From Chitinophaga sp. (GTDB lineage: Bacteria; Bacteroidota; Bacteroidia; Chitinophagales; Chitinophagaceae): 64,000 nucleotides of DNA. The stretch covers positions 12,766-76,765 of the forward strand of contig NZ_DATLKJ010000155.1 in assembly GCF_035538455.1 (NCBI RefSeq). The letters run 5' to 3'. Position numbers and translations under genes: made by a program. Under the pieces are notes generated by a model. It worked only from the letters and a program-made list of their open reading frames with translations, was not told the DNA's origin and ran no database searches. Shown here piece by piece: positions 45,526-55,533 of the stretch (the stretch's first letter is position 1; every line of letters starts with the position of its first letter).

Positions 45526-45602
45526 TTCCTTCCTGGTTACCTAGCCGGTATTCTCCTGCAAGATCCCGATCACATAAATCGCAAAAATCAAATAAATCAT
45601 AG

Positions 45603-45610
45603 TACTTTTG
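45603..45610 (+). promoter_or_regulatory. Bacteroidota -7 promoter box (TACTTTTG) upstream of ffh
   Basis: Exact TAnnTTTG match ending 23 nt before the ATG at 45634. Confidence 0.45.
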
Positions 45611-45633
45611 CAGTCCGTTTTAAATTACCGACA

Positions 45634-46959
45634 ATGTTTGAATCATTATCAGAGAGGCTTGATTCCGCGTTTAAGCAGCTTAAAGGTGAAGGCCGTATCT
45701 CCGAAATAAATATTGCGACCACAGTAAAGGAGATCCGCCGGGCGCTGGTGGATGCCGATGTGAACTATAAAATAGCAAAGGAATTTACTGATAAGGTAAA
45801 GGACAAAGCTCTGGGAGAAAAGGTATTAACTTCCATTTCTCCTGGTCAGTTGATGGTGAAGATCGTGAAAGACGAGCTGGCTGAGCTGATGGGAGGTACT
45901 GAATCAGAGATCGATATTAAAACCAATCCATCTGTAATCCTGATTGCGGGGTTACAGGGTTCTGGTAAAACGACGTTTTCCGGTAAGCTGGCTAATTTCC
46001 TCAAGTCTAAGAGAAGTAAGAAGCCCTTGCTGGTAGCGGCTGATATTTACCGTCCTGCGGCTATTGATCAGCTGAAGGTGTTGGGTGAGCAGATAGGCGT
46101 GGAGGTGTACAGCGAGCCTGAAAATAAAAATGCCGTGCAAATCGCAGAAAATGCGATCAAACATGCTAAATCAAACGGCAACAACGTTATCATCATAGAT
46201 ACTGCGGGCCGTCTGGCTGTGGATGAGGTGATGATGACTGAGGTGGCCAATGTGAAAGCGGCTGTAAAGCCACAGGAGATTTTGTTTGTGGTGGATTCCA
46301 TGACAGGTCAGGATGCGGTGAACACTGCCAAGGCCTTTAACGAGCGTCTCGATTTCAGTGGTGTGGTGTTAACCAAGCTGGATGGTGATACCCGTGGTGG
46401 TGCTGCTCTGACTATCAGGTACACGGTGGAAAAGCCCATCAAGTTTGTGAGTATGGGCGAGAAGATGGATACACTTGATGTATTCTATCCTGAGCGTATG
46501 GCACAGCGTATTCTGGGTATGGGTGATATCACTACCCTGGTAGAGCGTGCGCAGGCGCAGTTCAATGAGGAGCAGGCGAAAAAGCTGGAAAAGAAGATCC
46601 GTCAGAACCAGTTTGATTTTGATGACTTCAAGGAGCAGCTGCAGCAGATCAAGAAAATGGGTAACCTGAAAGATCTGATGGGTATGATTCCTGGAGTGGG
46701 TAAGGCGGTGAAGGATCTGGATATCAGCGACGATGCTTTCAAGGGCATTGAAGCTATGATTAATTCCATGACACCTGAAGAGCGGGGTAACCCTGATCTG
46801 ATTGATGGCAGCCGCCGTAAACGCATTGCGAAGGGTTGTGGAAAGGAGATCCAGGATGTGAATCAGTTCATGAAGCAGTTTGAGCAGATGAGACAGATGA
46901 TGAAAATGATGAATAAGTTTGGTGGTGGCGGTAAGGGGTTGAAAGGATTAGTACGATAA
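45634..46959 (+). CDS. ffh: signal recognition particle protein Ffh
   Basis: NG domain with GLQGSGKTT, DTAGR and TKLDGD motifs, plus a Met-rich M domain. Confidence 0.95.
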   Translation: MFESLSERLDSAFKQLKGEGRISEINIATTVKEIRRALVDADVNYKIAKEFTDKVKDKALGEKVLTSISPGQLMVKIVKDELAELMGGTESEIDIKTNPSVILIAGLQGSGKTTFSGKLANFLKSKRSKKPLLVAADIYRPAAIDQLKVLGEQIGVEVYSEPENKNAVQIAENAIKHAKSNGNNVIIIDTAGRLAVDEVMMTEVANVKAAVKPQEILFVVDSMTGQDAVNTAKAFNERLDFSGVVLTKLDGDTRGGAALTIRYTVEKPIKFVSMGEKMDTLDVFYPERMAQRILGMGDITTLVERAQAQFNEEQAKKLEKKIRQNQFDFDDFKEQLQQIKKMGNLKDLMGMIPGVGKAVKDLDISDDAFKGIEAMINSMTPEERGNPDLIDGSRRKRIAKGCGKEIQDVNQFMKQFEQMRQMMKMMNKFGGGGKGLKGLVR

Positions 46960-46999
46960 ATATCCGATAAATTTATTTTGCAAATATCAATTTAGGGAT

Positions 47000-47007
47000 T
47001 ACATTTG
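47000..47007 (+). promoter_or_regulatory. Bacteroidota -7 promoter box (TACATTTG) upstream of rpsP, embedded in a small inverted repeat ttagggat/atccctaa
   Basis: Exact TAnnTTTG match 58 nt upstream of the ATG at 47065. Confidence 0.45.
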
Positions 47008-47064
47008 CATCCCTAATTAACTAAACAATATTTCCTAACTCGCAAAAAATAACTCGACTTATTT

Positions 47065-47520
47065 ATGCCAGTAAAAATCAGACTGCAGAGACATGGCGCA
47101 AAGAAGAGGCCTTTCTATTTTATCGTAGTAGCCGACGCTCGCGCTCCAAGGGATGGTAAATTCATCCAGAAAATCGGTACTTACAATCCATTAACAGTTC
47201 CGGCTTCCATCAACATCGATACTGAAAAAGCATTGCGTTGGTTGCAGAAAGGTGCACAGCCTACCGATACTGTTAGAAGGATCTTGTCTTTCAAAGGTGT
47301 ATTGTATCTGAAACACCTGTTAAGAGGTGTTACATTGAATCTGTTCGACGAGCCTACAGCTTATCAGAAGTTTGCACAATGGCAGGCTGAACATGAGCAA
47401 AAGGTATCTGCTCGCCGTGACGGTCACAGGAAAGCTAAAATAGCTGCTCCTATCGTTAGAAAGGTAGAAGATACTCCTGCTGCTCCTGCTAACGAAGCCG
47501 GAGAAGGTACAGAAGCATAA
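47065..47520 (+). CDS. rpsP: 30S ribosomal protein S16 with a C-terminal extension
   Basis: [42 protein letters not shown] is the canonical S16 N-terminus. Confidence 0.9.
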   Translation: MPVKIRLQRHGAKKRPFYFIVVADARAPRDGKFIQKIGTYNPLTVPASINIDTEKALRWLQKGAQPTDTVRRILSFKGVLYLKHLLRGVTLNLFDEPTAYQKFAQWQAEHEQKVSARRDGHRKAKIAAPIVRKVEDTPAAPANEAGEGTEA

Positions 47521-47546
47521 AACGGCAACGTTTTAACAATACCTGA

Positions 47547-47588
47547 AAAAGGAAATATTTGCGGTTGCGAATATTTCCTTTTTTAATT
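47547..47588 (+). terminator. stem-loop plus T-tract between rpsP and rimM (terminator or attenuator)
   Basis: aaaaggaaatatt-N10-aatatttcctttt followed by ttttaatt. Confidence 0.5.
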
Positions 47589-47609
47589 ATCAGCTATTCA
47601 CATTCAAAA

Positions 47610-48134
47610 ATGGCCAATTATTTCAGTATAGGAAAGCTAGCCTCCTCGCATGGTTTGCAGGGAGAGCTGCTGGTGAAGCACAGTTTGGGAAAGCGGTCGG
47701 CGCTGAAGGGCGTTACTGCCATCTTCCTGGAGGAGCGGAAAAACAGTTTTATTCCCTATTTCCTGCAGCAGGTGACCGTTAAAGATGCGGAACATGTGTA
47801 TATCCGCCTGGAGGGCATTGAGTCGAAGGAAGCTGCTCAGCGTTTACTTCCTGCGCAGGTATACCTGACAGAAGAAGATTTCAAGGAGCAGACGGCATCA
47901 TCGGCTCCGCTGGCGCTACTGGGTTATACCGTGGAAGATGAGCATCATGGTGTACTGGGTGTTGTGGAGGAGGTGATTGAGATGCCAATGCAGGTGTTGG
48001 TGAAGGTGCAGATCAAGGGAAAAGAGGCGTTGTTACCGATTAATGAGCAATCGCTCGTGAAGATGGACAAGAAAAAACAGGTGGTACACCTGAATCTGCC
48101 GGAAGGACTGGTAGAGTTGTACACAGAAGGGTAG
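47610..48134 (+). CDS. rimM: 16S rRNA processing protein RimM
   Basis: Start set to the ATG at 47610 ([20 protein letters not shown]...), the typical RimM N-terminus. Gene order is rpsP-rimM-trmD-rplS. Confidence 0.85.
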   Translation: MANYFSIGKLASSHGLQGELLVKHSLGKRSALKGVTAIFLEERKNSFIPYFLQQVTVKDAEHVYIRLEGIESKEAAQRLLPAQVYLTEEDFKEQTASSAPLALLGYTVEDEHHGVLGVVEEVIEMPMQVLVKVQIKGKEALLPINEQSLVKMDKKKQVVHLNLPEGLVELYTEG

Positions 48135-48172
48135 CAGAGGCTGCTCCTGAACTACTAAATACTTTTTTGATC

Positions 48173-48844
48173 ATGCGTATAGATATCATTACCGTATTGC
48201 CGGAATTGCTGGAAAGTCCGCTTTCACATTCCATTATGAAGCGGGCGCAGGCTAAAGGCTTGTTGGAGGTGCATGTGCATCCTTTGCGGCAATACTCTAA
48301 CCTGAAGCATAGCCAGGTAGACGATTACCAGTTTGGCGGTGGAGCAGGTATGGTGATGATGCTGGAGCCTGTTGTGAATGCTATTGAATCGTTGCAGGCC
48401 CAGGTGAAGTATGATGAGATCATATACCTGACGCCTGATGGTGAAACGCTGAACCAGCGGATGGCCAATCAATTGTCAATGAAGGGCAACCTGCTGATGC
48501 TTTGTGGTCATTACAAGGGAATTGACCAGCGGATCAGGGATCATTTCATTACGAAGGAGATCTCTATTGGTGATTATGTACTGTCTGGCGGGGAACTGGG
48601 AGCGGCTGTGCTCGTGGATGCGATCGGGCGGTTGTTGCCTGGGGTGCTGAATGACGAGACCAGCGCATTATTTGATTCTTTCCAGGACAATTTGCTGGCG
48701 CCGCCGGTATATACCCGGCCGGTTGAATTCAGGGGCTGGAAGGTGCCAGATGTGCTGCTTAGCGGTGATCACAAAAAGATCGAGGACTGGCGTCATCAGC
48801 AGGCTTTGGACAGGACTAAAGAGAGAAGGCCTGACTTATTGTAA
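48173..48844 (+). CDS. trmD: tRNA (guanine37-N1)-methyltransferase TrmD
   Basis: [13 protein letters not shown]..., [11 protein letters not shown] and [11 protein letters not shown] motifs. Confidence 0.9.
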   Translation: MRIDIITVLPELLESPLSHSIMKRAQAKGLLEVHVHPLRQYSNLKHSQVDDYQFGGGAGMVMMLEPVVNAIESLQAQVKYDEIIYLTPDGETLNQRMANQLSMKGNLLMLCGHYKGIDQRIRDHFITKEISIGDYVLSGGELGAAVLVDAIGRLLPGVLNDETSALFDSFQDNLLAPPVYTRPVEFRGWKVPDVLLSGDHKKIEDWRHQQALDRTKERRPDLL

Positions 48845-48932
48845 ATTAGTTATTTAGAAATTAAAGAAATGGCAATACCAGATATTTTCGAGATTTAATG
48901 CTATTTAATTTGGTAAATGCCGTTTCTTGTTT

Positions 48933-48940
48933 TACTTTTG
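48933..48940 (+). promoter_or_regulatory. Bacteroidota -7 promoter box (TACTTTTG) upstream of rplS
   Basis: Exact TAnnTTTG match ending 22 nt before the ATG at 48963. Confidence 0.45.
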
Positions 48941-48962
48941 CACTCCCATAAATATTTGAAAG

Positions 48963-49310
48963 ATGAACGCAATTTCGTTTGTTCACGAACAACTGACAGC
49001 TAAAAAACAGTACCCGAAGTTTAAAGCAGGCGACAACGTCACTGTCAACTATAAAATCGTGGAAGGTAATAAAGAAAGGATTCAGTCCTTTAAAGGTGAT
49101 GTGGTGAAAATCCAGGGTACAGGGTTTACTGCATCTTTCACAGTTAGAAAAATTTCTGACGGTATTGGTGTGGAAAGGTTATTCCCACTTTATTCTCCTA
49201 ACATCGATGGTATCGTGTTGAACAAGGTAGGTAAAGTGAGAAGAGCAAGACTGTACTACCTGCGTGAGCGTGCTGGTAAAGCAGCCCGTATTAAGGAAAA
49301 AAGGGTTTAG
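48963..49310 (+). CDS. rplS: 50S ribosomal protein L19
   Basis: 115 aa. [29 protein letters not shown] and [11 protein letters not shown] are typical L19 segments. Confidence 0.9.
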   Translation: MNAISFVHEQLTAKKQYPKFKAGDNVTVNYKIVEGNKERIQSFKGDVVKIQGTGFTASFTVRKISDGIGVERLFPLYSPNIDGIVLNKVGKVRRARLYYLRERAGKAARIKEKRV

Positions 49311-49334
49311 TATAAATACAGGGAAATTAGTAAT

Positions 49335-49364
49335 AAGCGGGGCCTTACCGGTTCCGCTTTTTTC
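49335..49364 (+). terminator. rho-independent terminator of rplS
   Basis: Stem aagcggggcc / ggttccgctt (includes G.U pairs) followed by tttttcg. Confidence 0.6.
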
Positions 49365-49434
49365 GTGTCGTTAAAATGGCATTAAAACTACAACCTGGGA
49401 GGGAGGATGCGGTGAAAAAGCGGATTTTATAAGT

Positions 49435-49442
49435 TATCTTTG
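49435..49442 (+). promoter_or_regulatory. Bacteroidota -7 promoter box (TATCTTTG) upstream of tatA
   Basis: Exact TAnnTTTG match, but about 90 nt upstream of the preferred ATG at 49533. Confidence 0.35.
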
Positions 49443-49532
49443 TCCACTTATTGTTGATAACGTTTAACAAATATTGTGAAGATGACCGCTTTTTTTGCAA
49501 AATCATCATTATTAATTCTCCAGGATATTGGC

Positions 49533-49754
49533 ATGTCTGAATTACTGTTAATTGCCGTAGTGGTATTATTGCTGTTTGGAGGTAAGAAGATCCCTGAGTT
49601 GATGCGTGGACTGGGTAAAGGTATTCGTGAGTTCAATGACGCAAAGAATAACGTGCGTCAGGAGATTGAAGAAGGACTTCGCGACAAACCTGTACAGCCA
49701 TCTACAACAGACACGCAGGCATCTGGTACTACCGATGCACACCATAACGCATAA
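49533..49754 (+). CDS. tatA: twin-arginine translocase subunit TatA/E
   Basis: Start set to the ATG at 49533: [34 protein letters not shown] is the canonical TatA TM and amphipathic helix. Confidence 0.8.
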   Translation: MSELLLIAVVVLLLFGGKKIPELMRGLGKGIREFNDAKNNVRQEIEEGLRDKPVQPSTTDTQASGTTDAHHNA

Positions 49755-49791
49755 CCTGGTGAAGCTTCTGTGATGGAAGCATTACCTATTT

Positions 49792-51267
49792 TTGTCTGAT
49801 AAATTTTTAACTGGTTTGGCTTTGACTGAATTCAGCAGTATAATTACTTTTCAAAAAGCATTATACGCGGGCAGTACAAGCTGTACGGAGCGAGTAAGTT
49901 ATTACCTGAACCGTATAGCTGAGCTGAAACATTTGAATGCCTACCTGGAAGTATTTGAAGAAGAAGCGCTGGAAAAGGCGCGGGAGCTTGATGAGCGTAT
50001 CAGGAGCGGACAGCATGTAGGTGCTCTCGCCGGTGTGGTAGTAGGTATTAAAGATGTAATCTGCTATAAGGGACATAAAGTGAATGCCGCTTCCCGTATG
50101 CTGGAAGGGTTCACATCTTTGTTTTCTGCCACTGCAGTTGAAAGACTGCTGGCGGAGGATGCTATTATCATTGGTAATCTCAATTGTGATGAATTTGCGA
50201 TGGGGTCAACCAATGAGAATTCTGCATTTGGGCCTACCCTGAATGCCCTGGATACTACCCGTGTTCCCGGCGGTTCATCAGGTGGGTCGGCTGTAGCTGT
50301 ACAGGCGGATTTATGCCAGGTCAGCCTGGGTAGTGATACGGGAGGTTCTGTGCGTCAGCCGGCGGATTTCTGTGGTATTATAGGCCTTAAACCTACTTAT
50401 GGTCGTATTTCGCGGTATGGGCTTATTGCCTATGCTTCTTCATTCGATCAGATAGGTATTTTTGGCAGGGATATTGCGGATGTGGCTGCTGTTTTGCAGG
50501 TGATTGCAGGGCCAGATGAATTTGATAGCACTGCTTCCCAAAAGGAGGTAGCAGACTATCAAAGTGATCTTAAGCACAATAAATCCTTTAAATTTGCGTA
50601 TTTAAGGGATGCTTTGTACCATGACGGGCTGGATACTGAGATGAAGGAGGGGTACATTGATTTCTTTGAAAATTTGTTGTCAGCCGGCCATTCGGTTACA
50701 GGCCGTAGTTTTGAGTATCTGGATTACATTGTACCGGCTTATTATGTGCTGACAACGGCTGAAGCATCTTCCAATCTTTCCCGCTATGATGGGGTAAAAT
50801 TTGGTCACAGAACGGGGGCGAAAGACCTTGATCTGACAGATTTTTACAAAAAAAGCAGGTCAGAAGGATTTGGTAAAGAAGTAAAACGTCGTATCTTACT
50901 GGGGACATTTGTGCTCAGTTCCGGGTACTATGACGCATATTATACTAAGGCACAACAGGTTAGAAGACTAGTCACAGACAAACTTAACGAGATACTAGAC
51001 GAATACGACGCCATCCTTATGCCAACGGTGCCGTCTACAGCATTTAAAATCGGGGAGAAAACAGATGACCCCATAGCCATGTACCTGGCTGATATTTATA
51101 CGGTACTGGCGAATCTGGCAGGGGTTCCGGCTATTTCCGTGCCCTTGAATAAGCATTCGAATGGGATGCCTTATGGAATACAGATCATAGCAAAGAAGTT
51201 TGACGAAGCGGCCTTGTTGAATATTGCCCATCAGGTGATGGCAATGGAACGGGCCACGATTGTTTAA
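49792..51267 (+). CDS. gatA: Asp-tRNA(Asn)/Glu-tRNA(Gln) amidotransferase subunit A
   Basis: Amidase signature GGSSGGSAVAV and GSDTGGSVRQPA. There is no ATG in the 5' region, so the start must be TTG (49792, or more likely 49822, giving MTEFSSIITFQKAL). Confidence 0.85.
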   Translation: MSDKFLTGLALTEFSSIITFQKALYAGSTSCTERVSYYLNRIAELKHLNAYLEVFEEEALEKARELDERIRSGQHVGALAGVVVGIKDVICYKGHKVNAASRMLEGFTSLFSATAVERLLAEDAIIIGNLNCDEFAMGSTNENSAFGPTLNALDTTRVPGGSSGGSAVAVQADLCQVSLGSDTGGSVRQPADFCGIIGLKPTYGRISRYGLIAYASSFDQIGIFGRDIADVAAVLQVIAGPDEFDSTASQKEVADYQSDLKHNKSFKFAYLRDALYHDGLDTEMKEGYIDFFENLLSAGHSVTGRSFEYLDYIVPAYYVLTTAEASSNLSRYDGVKFGHRTGAKDLDLTDFYKKSRSEGFGKEVKRRILLGTFVLSSGYYDAYYTKAQQVRRLVTDKLNEILDEYDAILMPTVPSTAFKIGEKTDDPIAMYLADIYTVLANLAGVPAISVPLNKHSNGMPYGIQIIAKKFDEAALLNIAHQVMAMERATIV

Positions 51268-51277
51268 AATAAATTGT

Positions 51278-52585
51278 ATGAGAAAAGTCTTTTTACTATT
51301 GCTGTTGCCGGCATTAAGTTTAGGGAGTGTGAATGTGATGGGTAGCAACGGCGTACCTAAAGAGATGGTGTTTCCCGCAGGAGCGCCTGACACAACTGTA
51401 CTAAAGCTGAATCATAAGGTGCGCCTGCCTAAAGATTCTGTACAGCCTACACCTACGACTGTAGCCGTGAAGAAAGCAGCGCAAAGCCTGCCTAACACTA
51501 TCCGCAACGCCAAAGTGTACGAGCAGATTAACAATAACCTCGTTGCAGGTTATGTAAGCAATTATGCGACCCGTTACAGTCAGCATCTCCAGATCATGAT
51601 CGAAAGAGGTCAGCCTTATTTCGCCATGGTAGAAAAGGTATTCCGTGAGCACGGTATCCCTGAGGAAATGAAATACCTGGCCGTGATCGAATCCAGCTTT
51701 AATACCAATGCCCGCTCGAGAGTGGGCGCTGTAGGTGCGTGGCAGTTTATGGCCGGTACCGCACGTATTTTCGGTCTCAGCGTTGGCCGCAAAGTGGACG
51801 AAAGGAAAGACTTCTATAAATCTACACTTGCAGCAGCACAATACCTGAATCAGCTCTACGATCAGTTCGGTGACTGGCTTCTGGTGGTAGCTGCATACAA
51901 CTGTGGTCCGGGCGGCGTGCAACGCGCTATGAAAGCCAGTGGCCGCGAAGATTTCTGGGGCATGCAGTATTTCCTGCCTGCTGAATCCAGGAACCATGTA
52001 TATAAATTCATCGCTACTGGTTATATCCTCGACAGGTTCAATAACTTCTTCGGTGTAAGCAACGACGAGGTAGTGGCTACTTCCGGCAATGAAAACACCG
52101 GCGCGGGCAACTTCAGTACCAACGCCACTTTCAGCGCTGCACCTGTTGCGAGAGGCCCGCTCACAGAAGATGAGATCTACAATTCTGTGGAGATCAACGT
52201 TACCGGCAAATACAGACTGGAAGCTATTGCGAAAGTGCTGGATATGCAAGTAATGCAGCTGGACCGCTATAATCCTGGTTTTGCGAAGGCAATGAGCAGT
52301 CCTGAGAATAATTATGATCTGCGTGTTCCCAAGGATAAGATGAAGCAGTTCCTGGCGCAGAAGGATGAAATTCTGAAAGAGTCTGTGCAAATGACCCTGG
52401 ATGATAAAGTAACCGGTGTGGATAAATCCAAATTCCCACCTCCGGCGAAAGTACCTGCTGAGAAAGCTACTACCGCAAAAAAAGCTCACAGTTCTGCAAA
52501 AAAACATCATGCTTCAAGAAAGCACAGCACAGGAAAGAAACATACTGCTGCTAAGACCAAGAAGAAATCATCAAAAAGAAAATAA
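51278..52585 (+). CDS. lytic murein transglycosylase (MltD-like: SLT domain plus LysM) with a Lys/His-rich tail
   Basis: Signal peptide from the ATG at 51278, SLT catalytic region AVIESSFNTNARSRVGAVGAWQFM, and a LysM-like segment YRLEAIAKVLDMQVMQLDRYNP. Confidence 0.75.
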   Translation: MRKVFLLLLLPALSLGSVNVMGSNGVPKEMVFPAGAPDTTVLKLNHKVRLPKDSVQPTPTTVAVKKAAQSLPNTIRNAKVYEQINNNLVAGYVSNYATRYSQHLQIMIERGQPYFAMVEKVFREHGIPEEMKYLAVIESSFNTNARSRVGAVGAWQFMAGTARIFGLSVGRKVDERKDFYKSTLAAAQYLNQLYDQFGDWLLVVAAYNCGPGGVQRAMKASGREDFWGMQYFLPAESRNHVYKFIATGYILDRFNNFFGVSNDEVVATSGNENTGAGNFSTNATFSAAPVARGPLTEDEIYNSVEINVTGKYRLEAIAKVLDMQVMQLDRYNPGFAKAMSSPENNYDLRVPKDKMKQFLAQKDEILKESVQMTLDDKVTGVDKSKFPPPAKVPAEKATTAKKAHSSAKKHHASRKHSTGKKHTAAKTKKKSSKRK

Positions 52586-52602
52586 CTTCTTCGATATAAA
52601 GT

Positions 52603-52639
52603 AAAAAACCGGATCTGCATTATACAGATCCGGTTTTTT
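52603..52639. terminator. bidirectional terminator between convergent genes
   Basis: Perfect 15-bp stem aaaaaaccggatctg / cagatccggtttttt with loop cattata. Confidence 0.7.
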
Positions 52640-52662
52640 ATTTTATACTGATTGTAATTCAT

Positions 52663-54081
52663 TTATGCTGTCAGCATACCTTTTTTATGTTCGCTCCAGG
52701 CAAGTATATCGAGCAACGGTCCTGTCATAAAGGTGGTGGTAAGTGCCATGAGCACCAGCATCGCGAATATTTCGGGAGACAATACACCCAGGTCATAACC
52801 GATATTCAATACTACCAGCTCCATTAATCCGCGGGTATTCATCAGTGCACCGATAGATAATGATTGTCGCCATGTTTGTCCCATTAAGCGGGCAGTAACT
52901 GCACTGCCACCAAATTTCCCGGACACAGCTACCAACATGATCATACCGAATACAATCCATAAATGGCCCTGGTTCAGGAGGCCGATATGTGTTCTCAGAC
53001 CGGTAAAGGCAAAGAAGATCGGCAATAATAACAGCACGCTTACATCTTCGAGTTTGTCAGTGAGCAGTTGTTTAATATCTGCTTTGGCAGGCATTATCAC
53101 ACCAACGAGGAAGGCCCCGAATAAGGCGTGGATTCCTATTACTTCGGCTACCCATGCAGCCATGAGTAAGAGGAGGAACACCAATGAAATGGCTGCTTTC
53201 TGTTTGTTTCTGGCGAGATAGCGATTGATCATTCTGTTCAGCCAGGGACGTACAGCCAGCAGCATTATCGCTACGAAAACAATAGCAAGGATAATGGTGA
53301 TCAGTGCACTTAGTACACCGCCTGCATTTACAATGGCCACTACAACGGCGAGTATGCACCAGGCTGTAATATCATCTGCAGCTGCGCAGGTAATGGCCAT
53401 TGTACCCAGTGGCGTTCCTGTCAGTTTTCTTTCCTGTACAATGCGCGCCAATACCGGAAAGGCGGTAACACTCATTGCGATGCCCATAAAGAGGGCGAAA
53501 GACAAGAAGCTGATACCAGCGGGGGCGAAGCTGGTGAAGAGAAAGTAAGCCAGCCATACGCCCAGGAAGAAAGGAATAATGATACTGGCATGACTGATCA
53601 TTACCGCATCGTGCGCTTTGTTCCGGATTTTGCTAAGATCCAGTTCCATACCCACAATGAACATAAAGAAGGCAAGACCTATCTGGCTGAGGAATTGCAG
53701 GTTCTTCAGTGAGTCTGCGGGAAAGAGAAAGGCGGAGAATGAGGGCGCTACCCATCCTAACAGGGAAGGCCCCAGCAATACGCCGGCAATGATCTCTCCC
53801 ACAACAGCTGGCTGCCTTACTTTATTGGCCAGTATTCCTGCTCCTCTGGCAGCAAGCGTGATTACAACAATCTGCAGCAACAAAAGGCTCAGCGGATGCC
53901 GCAGGTTCTCAAGGTATTGCCACCATGATTCTGCGGAAAGCTGGGAGATAGAGTGTTTTTGGGGAGAGGAGGGAATTACTCCCGTGTTGAGGGGTAAGGA
54001 TTGTCCTTTGTGGAGGATCAACCATATCAGCGCTGCAAATACACCGATGATAGCGGGATACCACAGAAAGCGTTTGGCCAT
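52663..54081 (-). CDS. cation:proton antiporter (CPA2/Kef-type Na+/H+ exchanger family)
   Basis: 472 aa with about 12-13 TM helices. PAVVGEIIAGVLLGPS and FFMFIVGMELD segments are typical of the family. Confidence 0.8.
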   Translation of the reverse strand: MAKRFLWYPAIIGVFAALIWLILHKGQSLPLNTGVIPSSPQKHSISQLSAESWWQYLENLRHPLSLLLLQIVVITLAARGAGILANKVRQPAVVGEIIAGVLLGPSLLGWVAPSFSAFLFPADSLKNLQFLSQIGLAFFMFIVGMELDLSKIRNKAHDAVMISHASIIIPFFLGVWLAYFLFTSFAPAGISFLSFALFMGIAMSVTAFPVLARIVQERKLTGTPLGTMAITCAAADDITAWCILAVVVAIVNAGGVLSALITIILAIVFVAIMLLAVRPWLNRMINRYLARNKQKAAISLVFLLLLMAAWVAEVIGIHALFGAFLVGVIMPAKADIKQLLTDKLEDVSVLLLLPIFFAFTGLRTHIGLLNQGHLWIVFGMIMLVAVSGKFGGSAVTARLMGQTWRQSLSIGALMNTRGLMELVVLNIGYDLGVLSPEIFAMLVLMALTTTFMTGPLLDILAWSEHKKGMLTA

Positions 54082-54178
54082 GATAGTGGGTTTTATAGTG
54101 ATTGTGATGATGGTGGCGAAGGAGATCGGAATGATTGATTCTATCCTTTACCATCATCATCACAATGTTCTCATGGAA

Positions 54179-55375
54179 TTACTGGTTTATTGCTGCGATA
54201 CCTGGCAGTTCTTTTCCTTCAAAGAATTCCAGCATAGCTCCGCCACCGGTGGAAACGTAGCTAACTTTGCCGGCCAGTCCGAACTGGTTAACAGCCGCAA
54301 CGGAGTCACCGCCGCCAACGAGGGAGAAAGCGCCTTTTTCGGTTGCAATAACGATCGCATCAGCTACGCCTTTGGTGCCTGTCTGGAATGGTTTCATTTC
54401 AAACACGCCCATTGGTCCGTTCCAGAGGATAGTTCTGGAATTGAGGATTGTCTGGCTGAAAAGTTTTACGGATTCAGGTCCTATATCGAGGCCCATCCAG
54501 CCGGCAGGGATGTTATCGTTTGAAACGATCTGTGTAGCAGCATCTTCAGCGAATTTATCGGCGGCATTGGAATCAACCGGCAGTATCAGCTGCACGCCTT
54601 TGTCTTTAGCTTTTATGAGCAGCTCGTTAGCCAGATCCAGCTTATCATTTTCGCAGAGAGAGTTACCGATTTCTTTGCCCTGCGCTTTCAGGAAAGTGTA
54701 GGCCATACCACCACCAATGATGATGTTGTTGGCGCGGTCCATCAGTGTTTCAATGATGAGGATCTTGTCGCTCACTTTGGCGCCACCAAGGATAGCGGTG
54801 AAGGGCGCTTCTGCGTTGTTCAGTACTTTCCCGGCATTGTTTACTTCCGCTTCCATCAGGAGGCCAAACATACGGTTCTCCAGAGCGAAGAACTGTGCGA
54901 TTACAGCAGTAGAAGCATGCGCGCGGTGAGCGGTACCAAATGCATCGTTCACGTATACGTTACCCAGTTTGGCGAGTTGTTCTGCAAATGCGGCATCGCC
55001 TTTTTCTTCCTGTTTGTGGAAGCGGAGGTTCTCGAGGAGCAGTACTTCACCCATCTGCAGATCTGCGGCGGCTTTTTCAGCAACGGGGCCAATGCAGTCT
55101 GTTGCAAACTTAACGGTGGTACCATCCAGCAGGGAGATCAGGTGATACACGAGGTGCTTTAAAGAGTATTTATCGGTAGGTCCGTCTTTCGGGCGGCCAA
55201 GGTGCGACATCAGGATTACTGCGCCACCATCTTTCAGAATTTTTTTAATGGTGGGCACGGCAGCGCGCATGCGTGTATCGTCTGTGATTTCGAACTTATC
55301 GTTCAGGGGAACGTTGAAATCCACGCGGATCAATACTTTGCGGCCGTTGAAGTTATAGTCAGAAAATTTACTCAT
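54179..55375 (-). CDS. pgk: phosphoglycerate kinase
   Basis: [19 protein letters not shown]-like (SHLGRPKDG) and GGGDS motifs. Confidence 0.95.
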   Translation of the reverse strand: MSKFSDYNFNGRKVLIRVDFNVPLNDKFEITDDTRMRAAVPTIKKILKDGGAVILMSHLGRPKDGPTDKYSLKHLVYHLISLLDGTTVKFATDCIGPVAEKAAADLQMGEVLLLENLRFHKQEEKGDAAFAEQLAKLGNVYVNDAFGTAHRAHASTAVIAQFFALENRMFGLLMEAEVNNAGKVLNNAEAPFTAILGGAKVSDKILIIETLMDRANNIIIGGGMAYTFLKAQGKEIGNSLCENDKLDLANELLIKAKDKGVQLILPVDSNAADKFAEDAATQIVSNDNIPAGWMGLDIGPESVKLFSQTILNSRTILWNGPMGVFEMKPFQTGTKGVADAIVIATEKGAFSLVGGGDSVAAVNQFGLAGKVSYVSTGGGAMLEFFEGKELPGIAAINQ

Positions 55376-55533
55376 GTCGGGAAATTTAGAAGAGGAAAGG
55401 TTTTAACAATAAAAAAACCGCGGAGCAACAGCACAAAGCAAAATCTTAACCAAAGTTCGTCTGGCATATTGCTGCTATGGTGTAGTTCCGCGGAGAGTAT
55501 AAACTCCCGGACGGAGCCGGGAGTTTAGTATAA

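Noticed and set aside
47065-47520. S16 C-terminal extension and the His-rich tail of trigger factor (11590..11620) as anomalies
   Set aside because: As far as I recall, extended S16 proteins are common in Bacteroidota, and short His-rich tails are frequent lineage-specific decorations. Neither is evidence of anything unusual.
55501-55526. Stem-loop aaactcccgg-acggag-ccgggagttt downstream of gap as a rho-independent terminator
   Set aside because: It forms a good 10-bp hairpin, but no U-tract follows on the minus strand. It may be a processing or stability element, or a weak terminator, so I did not annotate it.
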